Source: Eledone cirrhosa (Eukaryota). From it: a DNA stretch of 64,000 bases. Position 1 is the stretch's first letter; each line of letters starts with the position of its first letter. The notes under the pieces are model-generated. The model ran no database searches. It was not told where the DNA came from and saw only the letters and a list, made by a program, of their open reading frames with translations. Of the stretch, positions 12,700 through 27,324 are shown piece by piece. Where the stretch lies: positions 376,774,001 to 376,838,000 of the forward strand of contig OZ024741.1 of the NCBI GenBank assembly GCA_964016885.1, in the 5' to 3' direction. A program made the translations under genes and the position numbers.

Positions 12700-14095
12700 G
12701 CATAGCTGGTGACGTTTCCAACCTTTTTATGGTATTCCCGGAAAGGAGACTCAAAGATCCCTTGATGAGAGCTCCATAGACTTCATAGTGTACTCTCGTT
12801 ACGTAGACAATATCAATATAGTAATAAGGACCACCCCCACAAAAGTGTACTAACAAGTATGATGTAGAATGTAGCACAATGGAAAGCATTCAGCAGATAG
12901 CTAACACTATACACCAGAGTATAATTGTAACTATCCTTTCCAGACACCTTAACAGTAGACTACCTGTATTAGACACGTAACTCTGGATTAACTCTATAGA
13001 CGAGAGGCCCCAAATTCTCCACTCACACTACACTAAACCCTTGGCCTCCAAATACCTGATACAGCAATGTCGGGTAGTGCTAAGTTTAATATTCTGATCG
13101 CACACTTGGTACGAGTGATGAAGAACGTGTCCCGCATGTGCGACCCAGCAGAAATGGAAAGACACATCCAACACTTGATCAACCGCATGCAGTTCTCTAG
13201 CTACAACCAAAGAGACAGAATCAGAGTATACAAAGGAACCACAGAGAAGTATAAAACTCTCATAGAACTGGACATGAAGGGAATTTGACCATTATACAAA
13301 TTATGGAATATCTTAGATAGGACTAAACATAATATAGAGAAAGCCACCTCATGGTACGACAACCAGAGATACCAGAGTGTCATGTTCGTGGAAGCTACCC
13401 TTGGAGATAAATTAGCTAATCAGTGTAGAGAGGCCCATAGACAGACCCACCTAAAGATTAAAGTGGTAGAAAAGCCAGGAACTACCACAAAATACCTGAT
13501 CAGCAAAACATACCCTTTTAAGAAAACCCAATTTACTAATGGGAAATGTGTTATATGTAAATTGAACCCCCAGATAAACTGCAATACTAGAAACGTAGTC
13601 TATAGCATAAGATGTAAAGAGGATACTTGCAGAAACATAAAAACAACATACATAGGCGAGACAGCTCGTAGCATAGGAGAAAGGTTAGACCAACACTGGG
13701 GGGAACTAACAGGACGAAAACACGGTTCAGTACTATACGAACACCCCATACAACAACATGAGGATAACATAGACAACATAGAAATTAAAATAATATCTAA
13801 ACATAGAAATGACCCAGCAGATAGGCAAATCAGAGAGGCAATCGAAATAGAGCTTAGCAGGCCAAAGCTAAACAGAAAAAAATGAATGGAATAACAACAA
13901 CTCCCGAAAAAACAATACTGACTTAAGAGAAATATAAATAAATATATAAATAAATATATACACAAGCGCAATACCAACAAACACATATAAACACACACTA
14001 GTAAACTAAGATAAAATACAATAACCAAAACACAGTCACCCAAACGCGAACACACACCAAACACTATATAAACACTATACAAACACTATACAAAC
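12700..14095 (+). mobile_element. 5'-truncated degenerate PLE of a third type (clade not assigned): RT C-terminal half plus GIY-YIG
   Basis: 'RYVDN' (mutated YVDD), 'LPVLD', 'HYTKPLAS'; ORF 13382-13885 'CVIC..INCNTRNVVYSIRC..YIGETARSIGER..H..LYEH..H..RQIREAIEI..PKLN'. Confidence 0.85.
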
Positions 14096-14118
14096 ACGCA
14101 TATATATATATCTATAAA

Positions 14119-15030
14119 AGTTAAAGGGTATATACATATAAACTAGACAAGGCCATAGAAATATATATATATATGTTTTTGGCAACCGTTCAAGGTGTGC
14201 CTCAATGACGAATTTAATTAAATAATTAATAATCAGAGCAATATATGAAAAGTAAGTCCATAGAATCATTAGATAAAATATATACAGTATTTCTTCTCCC
14301 AATCAGCATAAATTAACCACACAAAAAATCATTTAAACGAGGCTATAGGTTTAAAATATCCCTATGAAGAAATAGTAGATAAATGATACAGCTCCTTATC
14401 CGCGATTCACAGCTATAGAAAATTTACCGATTATTTCTGATAGCCTGTAGAAATTGACTGGACATATAGTTAACTACACATAATTAGTTGCAAAATCAAA
14501 GTTAGAAGAAAAAATGCACATAAACATACCCAACTCATCAATACATCTCTACTACCGGCAGTTTCATTCCATTTTGGGTATATCCGATCTTGGATAAATC
14601 AACGAGGTTGGAAATCATCTGGAGATAAACTCAATTGGACAAAGATTTTTCTTACATGATCCCCGCCAGAAGCGAATTCAAAATGGCTACGAATCGTCAC
14701 ATGGCTAATGGTCAAGTCCGAAAGTCTGTGATTGGTGCCTGTCGGCGAGTAGGCTGCTTGCTAGAAAGCGCAGCCGAATACTGCCTAAAGTTTTACTCAA
14801 TCTTACGGGAGTATATACAATTTAAAGGGTATATACATATAAACTAGACAAGGCCATAGCAATATATATATATGTGTTTTTGGCAACCATTCACAGTGGT
14901 GCTCAATGACGAATTAATTAAATAATTAATAATCAGAGCAATATATAAAGAGTAAATCCATAGAATCATTAGATAAAATATATACAGTATTTCTTCTCCC
15001 AATCAGCATATATTAACGACACAAAAAATC

Positions 15031-15032
<2 letters not shown>
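14119..15032 (-). mobile_element. Non-coding ~702-bp tandem unit (about 1.3 copies) carrying a hammerhead
   Basis: 14119-14332 recurs at 14821-15032; HHR at 14545-14626. Confidence 0.7.
14545..14626 (-). ncRNA. Type I hammerhead with long domain II; U4A substitution in this copy
   Basis: ATCTC-CAGATGA-T-TTCCA...TGGAA-T-GAAA-CTGCCGGTAG-TA/GAGAT. Confidence 0.7.
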
Positions 15033-15078
<46 letters not shown>

Positions 15079-15152
15079 TACATTATGAAGAGAGAAGAAA
15101 CATTTAGACATAATTAGTAATAAAATGTATCATACCTAAACTGTTCCTAAAT

Positions 15153-15240
15153 TCCTCGACTACGTAGTTTCGTGGCATAAACAAAAACAATATATCAAAG
15201 ATATAGAGTCCTTGCGAGGTCTGCCGACTTATCAAGAGGA
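15153..15240 (-). ncRNA. Type I hammerhead, U3-A8 core, branched domain II; best-paired copy
   Basis: TCCTC-TTGATAA-GT(C)GGCA...TGCCAC-GAAA-CTACGTAG-TC/GAGGA. Confidence 0.85.
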
Positions 15241-15862
15241 TACCTCATTTTACTAGTCTCAAGAACGCGTCCACACGACGTGAGAAAGAATCCCAAAAGG
15301 CGGAGGGGGAGATAGTCACGCGATATAACGGTCGAAAAACAGAGCTAAGCCTCTTATAACAACGAAGAAAATACCACGGAGGCGGAGGGGGTATTCATAT
15401 CGAGGCCGCAGAAGAGGTAGTGAAGAAGGCGAGAAGTATGAGTAATGGAAGCTTTCCAGTTGTCCCCACACCTCAAAGATTGCTCGACCAGAGGGAGTTA
15501 TTAATATATTTAGAAACACACAGATACGTGCAGTTGGGTGCGGATGCATTCATGTATATATGTGTGTGTCCGCATGTATCTGTGTGTTTCTAAATATATT
15601 AATAACTCCCTCTGGTCGAGCAATCTTTGAGGTGTGGGGACAACTGGAAAGCTTCCATTACTCATACTTCTCGCCTTCTTCACTACCTCTTCTGCGGCCT
15701 CGATATGAATACCCCCTCCGCCTCCGTGGTATTTTCTTCGTTGTTATAAGAGGCTTAGCTCTGTTTTTCGACCGTTATATCGCGTGACTATCTCCCCCTC
15801 CGCCTTTTGGGATTCTTTCTCACGTCGTGTGGACGCGTTCTTGAGACTAGTAAAATGAGGTA

Positions 15863-15950
15863 TCCCCTTGATAAGTCGGCAGACCTCGCAAGGACTCTAT
15901 ATCTTTGATATATTGTTTTTGTTTATGCCACGAAACTACGTAGTCGAGGA
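15863..15950 (+). ncRNA. Hammerhead of 591-bp unit 1; predicted cleavage after 15945
   Basis: As 15153-15240, with one C.A mismatch in stem I (TCCCC/GAGGA). Confidence 0.8.
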
Positions 15951-16453
15951 ATTTAGGAACAGTTTAGGTATGATACATTTTATTACTAATTATATCTAAA
16001 TGTTTCTTCTCTCTTCATAATGTATTTTTAACTCTGATACTGGTTCAGTCTAGTTCAAACTGAATTGGTCTGTCCCAGTCATTCATTGAGCAACATCGGT
16101 GAAGTTGGCACCCTTAACTCACAGTTGGGTGCGGATGCATTCATGTATATATGTGTGTGTCCGCATGTATCTGTGTGTTTCTAAATATATTAATAACTCC
16201 CTCTGGTCGAGCAATCTTTGAGGTGTGGGGACAACTGGAAAGCTTCCATTACTCATACTTCTCGCCTTCTTCACTACCTCTTCTGCGGCCTCGATATGAA
16301 TACCCCCTCCGCCTCCGTGGTATTTTCTTCGTTGTTATAAGAGGCTTAGCTCTGTTTTTCGACCGTTATATCGCGTGACTATCTCCCCCTCCGCCTTTTG
16401 GGATTCTTTCTCACGGTGTGTGGACGCGTTCTTGAGACTAGTAAAATGAGGTA

Positions 16454-16541
16454 TCCCCTTGATAAGTCGGCAGACCTCGCAAGGACTCTATATCTTTGAT
16501 ATATTGTTTTTGTTTATGCCACGAAACTACGTAGTCGAGGA
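16454..16541 (+). ncRNA. Hammerhead of 591-bp unit 2
   Basis: Same sequence as 15863-15950. Confidence 0.8.
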
Positions 16542-16772
16542 ATTTAGGAACAGTTTAGGTATGATACATTTTATTACTAATTATATCTAAATGTTTCTTC
16601 TCTCTTCATAATGTATTTTTAACTCTGATAATGGTTCAGTCTAGTTCAAACTGAATTGGTCTGTCCCAGTCATTCATTGAGCAACATCGGTGAAGTTGGC
16701 ACCCTTAACTCACAGTTGGGTGCGGATGCATTCATGTATATATGTGTGTGTCCGCATGTATCTGTGTGTTTC

Positions 16773-16805
<33 letters not shown>

Positions 16806-16806
<1 letters not shown>

Positions 16807-18733
16807 TGGTTACACAACAGTTAGTTCACCATACCGAGAACAATTATTTCACCTTAGCGGATCCTCAGCTCGTAATGGGCATGGTTATACCGAACAGGAG
16901 GGATTACCGTACGAACCTGCATGCGCAGAAACCCGTCACTTCACATAGGCAATACTAAAATACGCGCGAGAGGTGTAAGGGAGATAACTGCGAAAGTTCG
17001 AAAAGTGTTTAGTTGATAAGAAAAAATATTTATGTTGTTACAATAATTCACTCAATCCGTAGCCTTGTAGTTATACAATAGGTGTTTCGAGACGTGTGGA
17101 CAACGTGTTAAAAATTCATTTCTCGTGTTTAGCCAATCACTATTGCATAATCTCTTGAGAATATTTATTCGTTCGTCAATATACAGTCCACACGACAGAT
17201 TTCCACTTGCGTATGGTTTGGACTTAGTGATAGCTTTCCATTGAATGGAGTAGTCTATACTTGATTCCTTGAGCCACCACACGTGGCTCGCGAGTGTCGT
17301 GGATGAACGTCTGTCCGGGTACCTAAAGGGCGACTGATGGTTCAGGAAACGTTCCTTAAATCGGCCCTCCGCCATTCACATATGGGATTTGATTTCCTGT
17401 GGTTGGTTTGGTCGGTTGGTCGTGACCACAGCTTCATAAGTTACAGCTGGTGTGTTGCATTGCTGTTGAAGGGCGAAAGCTTCGGGCTTACGGCAAGAGC
17501 ACCATGGTGGGGTGTTTCTCCTAGTGCTGCTAGTGATGTGGGCCTTCATGTTCTTAGCGCAGGAGTATCCTAGTTTTGCTTTGTGTCGGTTAACGATGGA
17601 GCGGTATTTATGTCCTATGGGAAAGTGTCTATCTAAGAGGGCTAGAAATCTTTTGTCTACATTGGTTTTAACGTTGAGTGAGAAAGGAGGAGAGAACCAG
17701 ATAATTTGTCTATTGTTGCGCTTACTTTTCTTATTGCTGTTGTTGATAGTGGGAGAGTAAGTGATAGGTTGTGAGAAGCCGCTGTTAGCTAACGCGTGTT
17801 ATAGTAGGGTGCCGCCCTGTCAAAGATAGCCTTATTAGAGGCACTTTCTCATAGGTTATAAATACCGCTCCATATTTAACCGACACAAAGTTAAACTAGG
17901 ATACTCCTGCGCTAAGAATTGAAGGCGCACATCACCAGCAGCCCTAGGAGCAACACCCCACCAGGGTGCTCTTGCCTTAAGCCCGAAGCTTGCCCCCTTC
18001 AACAGCAATGCAACACAACAGCTGTAATTTATGAAGCTGTGGTAACTTCCAACCGTCCAAACCAACCACAGGAGGTCAAATACTATGTGAGAATGGCTGA
18101 GGGCCGATTTAAGGAACGTTTCCAGAACCATCAGTCGACCTTTAGGTACCCGGACAGACGTTCATCCACAAAACTCGCGAGCCTCGTATGGTCCCTCAAG
18201 GACTTAAGTATACACTACTCCATTCAATGGAAAGCCATCACTAAGTCCAAGCCATACGTAAGGGGAAATCCGTCGTGTTGACTACGTATTCACGAACAAA
18301 TAAATATTCTAAAGAGATTATGCAATAGTGATTGCCTAAACACGAGAAATGAATTTTTAACACGTTGTCCACACGTCCCGAAACACCTATTGCATAACTA
18401 CAAGGCTCCGGATTGAATGAATTATTGCAGCAACATCAATATTTTTTCTTATCACTAAAAACTTTTGGGACTTTCGCAGTTTTCTCCCTTACACCTCTCG
18501 CACGCATTTTAGTATTGCCTGTTTGAATTGACGGGTTTCTGCGCATGCGCGTTCGAACGGTTGTCCTTCCTGTTCCGTATAACCATGCCCATTATGAGGT
18601 AATAATCCGCTAACCTGAAGCAATTGTTCGCGGTTTGGCGAAATAACTGTTGTGTAACCATTTCTACCTAACTCGTCCCATGGACTGAGTGCTCTACCAC
18701 TACGGATATTACCTTCTAGTGTTCTACCACTAC
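16806..18733. mobile_element. Inverted pair of 5'-truncated Hydra-like PLE 3' halves (minus ~16806-17850; plus ~17855-18733)
   Basis: Both arms encode 'CSCxKPEA..L..CNT.AV.YEA..Y..MAEGRFKERF.NHQS.F..LAS.VW.LK..LNTRNEFLTRCPH'; the minus arm also has 'IIWFSPPFS'. Confidence 0.9.
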
Positions 18734-18781
18734 ATATATATATATATATATATGTATATGCATATATATATATATATATGC

Positions 18782-18812
<31 letters not shown>

Positions 18813-18847
18813 CATATGTATAGATATATATATGCATATATATATAT

Positions 18848-19045
18848 ATAGGAAACATGTATGACCCCGACGGCAGAGCTCATGGCGTTTCGACGGCTAT
18901 TTCTGGACTCAGAAATAGCCGTCGAAACGGGTTGAGCTCTGCCGTCGGTGTCATACTTTTTCCTATTACCCACTCTACTATCCTAAGTATTGAGTATTCA
19001 GGTGCGCTATGGTCCATCTGGTTCTTTACCACAACTCCTTCGTTA
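18848..19045 (+). mobile_element. ~200-bp minimal PLE insertion: palindrome of the 3' half of the Hydra-family hammerhead plus pLTR tail
   Basis: Arms 18848-18905 and 18910-18965 are inverted and contain TAGCCGTC-GAAA-CGGGTTGAGCTCTGCCG-TC; the tail matches 22669-22766. Confidence 0.8.
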
Positions 19046-19068
19046 TATATGGATATATATCTATCTAT

Positions 19069-20400
<1,332 letters not shown>

Positions 20401-20416
20401 ATATATATATATATAT

Positions 20417-22766
20417 AGGAACGAGTAGGACCCCGACGGCTGAGCTCAAGCCGTTTCGACGGTTAATTCTGGACTAAATGAAAATGTTTATCCTGGTATA
20501 TGAATAGCCGAGCTTCTCAGGGGGTAATTCCATATATGGTAAAAGTGATTGTCACAAAGATTGGTCAAAAGTTTGTTGTTGAGACATAATAATTCTATCA
20601 TGGCAATTCGTGGAGGGAAGGGGTAGTAGAAGAAAGAGGGAGAGGGGGTAGAGAAACCCAGTCGTGCGTTGATAGTGGCAAGTACAGCTGGGCAGCAGGT
20701 CAAAGAAGATACTAGGGAGGGGGAGTGGGAGGAAGTCGAAACAATAAGTAAAACAATATGGGGTAAATATATAGAAAAATAGCGAGAGTGTTAAAAAACA
20801 ATTAAATGTAAAAAAAAAAAACAATTTCTGGTTACTATAACCTAAGGACAGCTATCAAGTCTCTCACTGGTACTGCTAGACTAAAGAAACGTTTACTAGG
20901 AGGGGCGGAATTATAATGAGACCCTTTTAAGAGGTATAAGTAATCAACCGAGTATATCTTACGGTGACGGGTCAACAAGTGGGGGGCCAAAATACTAAAG
21001 AAACTACCACGAAATAATAATTCAGAGTCCCGAGTCCAGTACGAAATAAAGGTTTCTACCCCAGGCACAAGGCCAGTAACCACCCAGTGCAAAAAAAAAA
21101 AAGACTAATACGAAATAATAATTCGGAATCCCGAAAAAGAATACTAATACTATCTCTAAGGTTGCAGCCACGATACAAAAATTCTAGTGCAAACTACTTA
21201 AATGCTCGTACGAAGTATATGTAAAATTTGATACGGAAAATTAATTCAGAATCCCCCCCCCCCCCCCCCCAAAAAAAATAATACTGATATACGAGAAATG
21301 AAAGCAAAGATACCACTAAGAAATATAGAAAGCACGGAAAAGGGGCAGCCATCGAATAAGAAGGCAAATATCCGGGGTCTAACACATCTGCTATAAAAAG
21401 CGGAGTCGGCCAAATCTATCATTGAATAGGGGAAGGGGGTTGGGGCACTGAGGCTACAAAGGACCGAGAGGCTTCCTCGGGTGGTCGAGAAAGTGAAAAG
21501 GACGACGCCAAAGAAAGAGGACTGGGGTGGAAGGACTAGGGAGGGTGGGAGGGTAGAAGGAAATATAGAGGAAGCGATAAAAAGATATAAAAGAAGATCT
21601 TACATCTACCATGCAAGCAGGAGTTACCCATTACAAAATCGGCAAGTGGGGTGTTATAGCCCTAGTCTACCCCTCGGGTCATTATGGGGTTTGAGGGCGA
21701 GGTAAGTCCTACGTAATCTGTGTTTACATGCAGTTACCAGTTCATCTTTCTTGTTTAGGAGTTGGTCCGTCGAAAACAGCATTTGTAAAGTTTCCTCCGA
21801 GCATAAATTGCACGGACGGCGTCCTCCCGTGTAAGACTTGGCTCTGGACAGTAAGCTCCAAGTGAGATCATAGGTAATATTGTTATCCTTGAGGTCCCAT
21901 ATGTGGCCCGAAAGTGTAGTGGCGTGACGTCGGGCCGGGTTTCGGAAGGTATGTCTGTGTTGGTATAGCCGGGTCTTGAAGTCACATGCGGTTAATCCTA
22001 TATAAGCTTTGTTGGAGTTGTCCGTCCTCACGTTGCACTGGTAGATCACATTACGATCTCTGCATCTGTTGTCGAGGGGGCAAATGGATCCATCAGGACA
22101 GTTGCACCTCCTGGTCGGCTCTTCACTGCTATTTAGGTTATTTCCTCCATAGGGGTTCAGTTTTTTGTTGTTAGAGGAGACGATGTTTTGTGCAAAGTTT
22201 GGTGTAGTGCTGTAGGAGAGTTTGATGGTATTTTTGTTAATTATGTTGTGGTAGCAGTGTTGTAGGGGGAAGTGTTTTTCAATGAGCCTAAAGAAGATTT
22301 TCCAATAGGAGTGGTCACCTCGGCGTTGTGGGGAGGATTGAAACATGTTAGATTGCGTGAGCGGCGGTGTCGTCTGCTGGTTCGGCTAATGGAAGCTGGA
22401 CAGTACGATATTTCCTCCCGGAAACCACTCCGCTTCAGGGCCTGGTTGTAGTAAGGCGCATGTTCCTTGAATATCTGCTCATTAGCTGACAAACGAGATA
22501 TGCGGAGGGAGATGTTTTTAACAAGGTTATTGGTGATGTCCCTAGGATGGTTTGACCGGCGGTGGATGTAGTGCAGCTTGTCGTTAGGTTTCCTGTATGG
22601 GTAGTACAGATCATTATCGAGGTCAAGTGTAACATCCAGGAAGTTTACTCGGGTCAGTGACGTTTGAAGGGGTCCTACTCATTCCTATTACCCACTCTAT
22701 TACCCTAAGTATTGAGTACTTTGGTGTGTTATGGTCCACCTGGTTCCTTACCTCATTTCCTCCGTT
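20417..22766 (-). mobile_element. 5'-truncated Hydra-like PLE (same family as 61046-64000) with an inverted 5' tail at 22669-22766
   Basis: 'VNFLDVTLDL..YPYRKPN', 'CNCPDGSICPLDNRC..NVIYQC..YIGLTACDFKTRLYQH..CNLCSEE..CKH'; ~1.2-kb 3' UTR ending in an HHR at 20430-20525 (core CTGAGAA). Confidence 0.93.
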
Positions 22767-24180
<1,414 letters not shown>

Positions 24181-24208
24181 ATAAACACACAAACACACAC
24201 AGACACAA

Positions 24209-24241
<33 letters not shown>

Positions 24242-25198
24242 CCCACCCATACACACACACATATATATATATATTTTTTTTTTATTGAAAGGAAAAGCCC
24301 AAGTAAGAACGAATCACTAGCTCTATTAAAACTAGTGCAGCTGCTGAGAAGCGTTACCATGTCGACACACCGTGTACGTATCTCATGTTGTGACTTTATA
24401 ATGGACATTTATCCGACATTTTAATGAATGCCATATCTGTAGTATTTCTGTTTACTGAAATCATTATCAATCCATTATATACAATGTTTCTTGATATAAT
24501 TGAAACATCCCGAAATATTTATAAAAACGTAATGTGATGAAATAAATATAAATGTAAAATGTGAAACTAAAGGTAATGGAGTAATAAACCTAAATCGTGC
24601 ATTTAGTTTAATATGAAAAACATCAAAAGATAGAAATTCAAAGTAAAGATTATGTGATATGCTTAATCACTTGTTTAATGAAAAATGCAATTAAATATCA
24701 ATTATATCAATTGGTTGAATGGAATAATTTATTGATTGGCTAAACTGATTATTGAAGTTAAATTATTGATTTTTAGAATTAGATGATAGCTATGTAATAT
24801 GAGAAAGGAATGCAGAGTTGGTTAAGAAAAGTTGGGAACATGACTGGAACGTATATCAGTCCTGTTTGAAGGAGGATAAACAAGGCACGACGTTGTTGCA
24901 ACCAAGAACATAAAAAGGTATAGCAATTTACAACACTTTGTTTTGTGCCCTCCTTTAATATTCTGTACGTAAATCGCTACGATAGATTTATAATTAAAGT
25001 ATATATTGTATTAATATATATTGAATACAAATGTTTATAGCTCATAGAAATAATGTTTGTGTGCATACACAATATTACAATCGAATATCTTATACGTACT
25101 ACTTTCGCTACCTTAGATCGCGTCCACAGACCTTTGGTATTCCAACTCAGCCTTCCTACGAACTTATAGTCTTCAGCTGCATGTGCGTGCAAATCTCC

Positions 25199-25284
<86 letters not shown>

Positions 25285-25671
25285 TAAAATAACAGATTAA
25301 AGTTTAAGCAAATATATATAAAACTGTTGTTGTCTGTGTGTGTGTGTGTCCTCTTTTTTGCAAAGTATTTACAGATAATCCACATTTCTACTCCGATTAA
25401 CTTCAAACTTGCATTTATATATTCCTTGCGGTCTAAAGATATTAACTGCCGCTTTTATTTTTCAATGTTCTGTTGTTAAAGGGGTTATAAGTGCAGGTAT
25501 TCGATCTCCGTCGAACCCTGATAATATCTGTCTGTATGTCTGATTGTCTGCATTACGACATTCTGACGAACACGTCATTGCTGACGTATTATCTTCGCTA
25601 CATTCACACACACACATACATATATACTTATATATATATATATACATATACACACACATATATACACATAT

Positions 25672-25708
<37 letters not shown>

Positions 25709-25729
25709 CAAACACATATACACATATAC

Positions 25730-26225
25730 TCTATCTTACTCTCTTACTGCTCCCTCGTTCTCTCTGTTTCTCTTACTTTCTTTCGTCCCCTCTGCCACGT
25801 CAGTTAACTCTTTCTCTCTACTGACCTCTTCCCCGCACTCCCACTCACTCAGTCCCTGTTTCTCCCCTTCTTTCTTCCTCCCGTTCGCTGGGAAAACGGT
25901 TTTCATTCTTTCTAACACCGTATTCACTAGCGAAAGGTCTGTTTTCCGACTCGCTCATATATTCACACAGCTTATGCTGAAAGAATAACTATGTTGCTTG
26001 TGTTTATTTCCATCTTCGGTTAGCTTCCCCCTGTGTTGTTTACTTGTCTCACTCGCTTTACGCGTTTCTATTGTCCTAATAACTTATTTTAGTTATTATC
26101 GCTCCAACGTGAGGTATATGATTTTTAATGCGATGAAATACCCATGATCGTTTGGTAAATCACTGATGAGGGACTCATTTTATAACATGTTATCCATGTG
26201 CAGCCAGCAGTATTCTTCTCACCCA
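25730..26225 (+). mobile_element. Decayed pLTR-like repeat related to 32467-33290
   Basis: Shared blocks 'aataacttattttagttatt.atcgc' and 'gcga.gaaata..ctgatga'; only partial HHR halves remain. Confidence 0.45.
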
Positions 26226-26326
26226 TATTTCCATATATATATATATACATATACAAACACATATACACATATATATTTACACAGATACATATTTATAAAT
26301 ATACACATAAAAATATATGTATATAT

Positions 26327-26361
<35 letters not shown>

Positions 26362-26388
26362 CACACACATATATATATATAAATATGC

Positions 26389-26480
<92 letters not shown>

Positions 26481-26506
26481 CTGTGTGTATATATATATAT
26501 ATATAT

Positions 26507-27017
26507 TGTAGGTCGCTTTAACCCGTCTTTTATTATTCAAAAATCTTCTTGCCAATAAACATTAACCCTTTGTGCGCCATTCATCTAACTGTAGACCAAC
26601 ACATACTAAGTAAACGGAGCGTTTACAAGAACGATGGCAAATGAATCTTCGAGGTAAACAGTTTCCTCCCGAACTGTTAGTTCACGCGGGATTCTCTGTA
26701 ACACCTTTTCGGAATAATACCGAACAACGTACTGCTGGTCACGCCTTCCTCCAAAAGCCATACAAAGCGGACATCGAGTAGATGGATTGGGTGCAAATCT
26801 ACTCCAGACCTACGCGAGAAACTGCAAAGGACTGCACCGAGAGGGATAGAGAGAAAGAGTAACTTAGAGGAAGGGGTGCAAATGAACTTTTGAGGTAAGT
26901 AGCCTACGCCTTACTGCCATGAAACTGGAACCTTCTGCCAACTTAACCTGTGACTTTCTCCTTCACATTTACTCCAATAGGCCAAAACAGAGGAGCATGA
27001 AAAGAAGGGGCTCAACA
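26507..27017 (-). mobile_element. Probable solo LTR (~510 bp)
   Basis: TGT...ACA termini, ATAT on both flanks (possible 4-bp TSD, though the left flank is (TA)n), AATAAA ~20 nt from the minus-strand 3' end, higher GC than the flanks. Confidence 0.5.
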
Positions 27018-27019
27018 AT

Positions 27020-27324
<305 letters not shown>

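Larger units (their letters stand above)
15081..16780 (+). mobile_element. Young non-coding element: 591-bp tandem units (15531, 16122, partial 16713) preceded by an inverted ~450-bp copy (15081-15530); one hammerhead in each of the three large segments
   Basis: Near-identical units at exactly 591-bp spacing; PLE-type inverted-plus-tandem layout; (TA)n at both ends; no credible ORF. Confidence 0.9.

Noticed and set aside
14895-14945. SECIS-like hairpin ATGA..AA..GA downstream of the 13382 PLE ORF
   Set aside because: The apical loop is too small, the lower stem is incompatible with a SECIS core, no in-frame TGA sits at a Cys position, and the hairpin belongs to a separate opposite-strand element
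16806-18660. Hammerheads in the tails of the inverted PLE pair (~16810-16875, ~18595-18660)
   Set aside because: One arm has CTGAGGA and the other GAAA, but neither has a valid NUH site with adjacent stem I; too decayed to call
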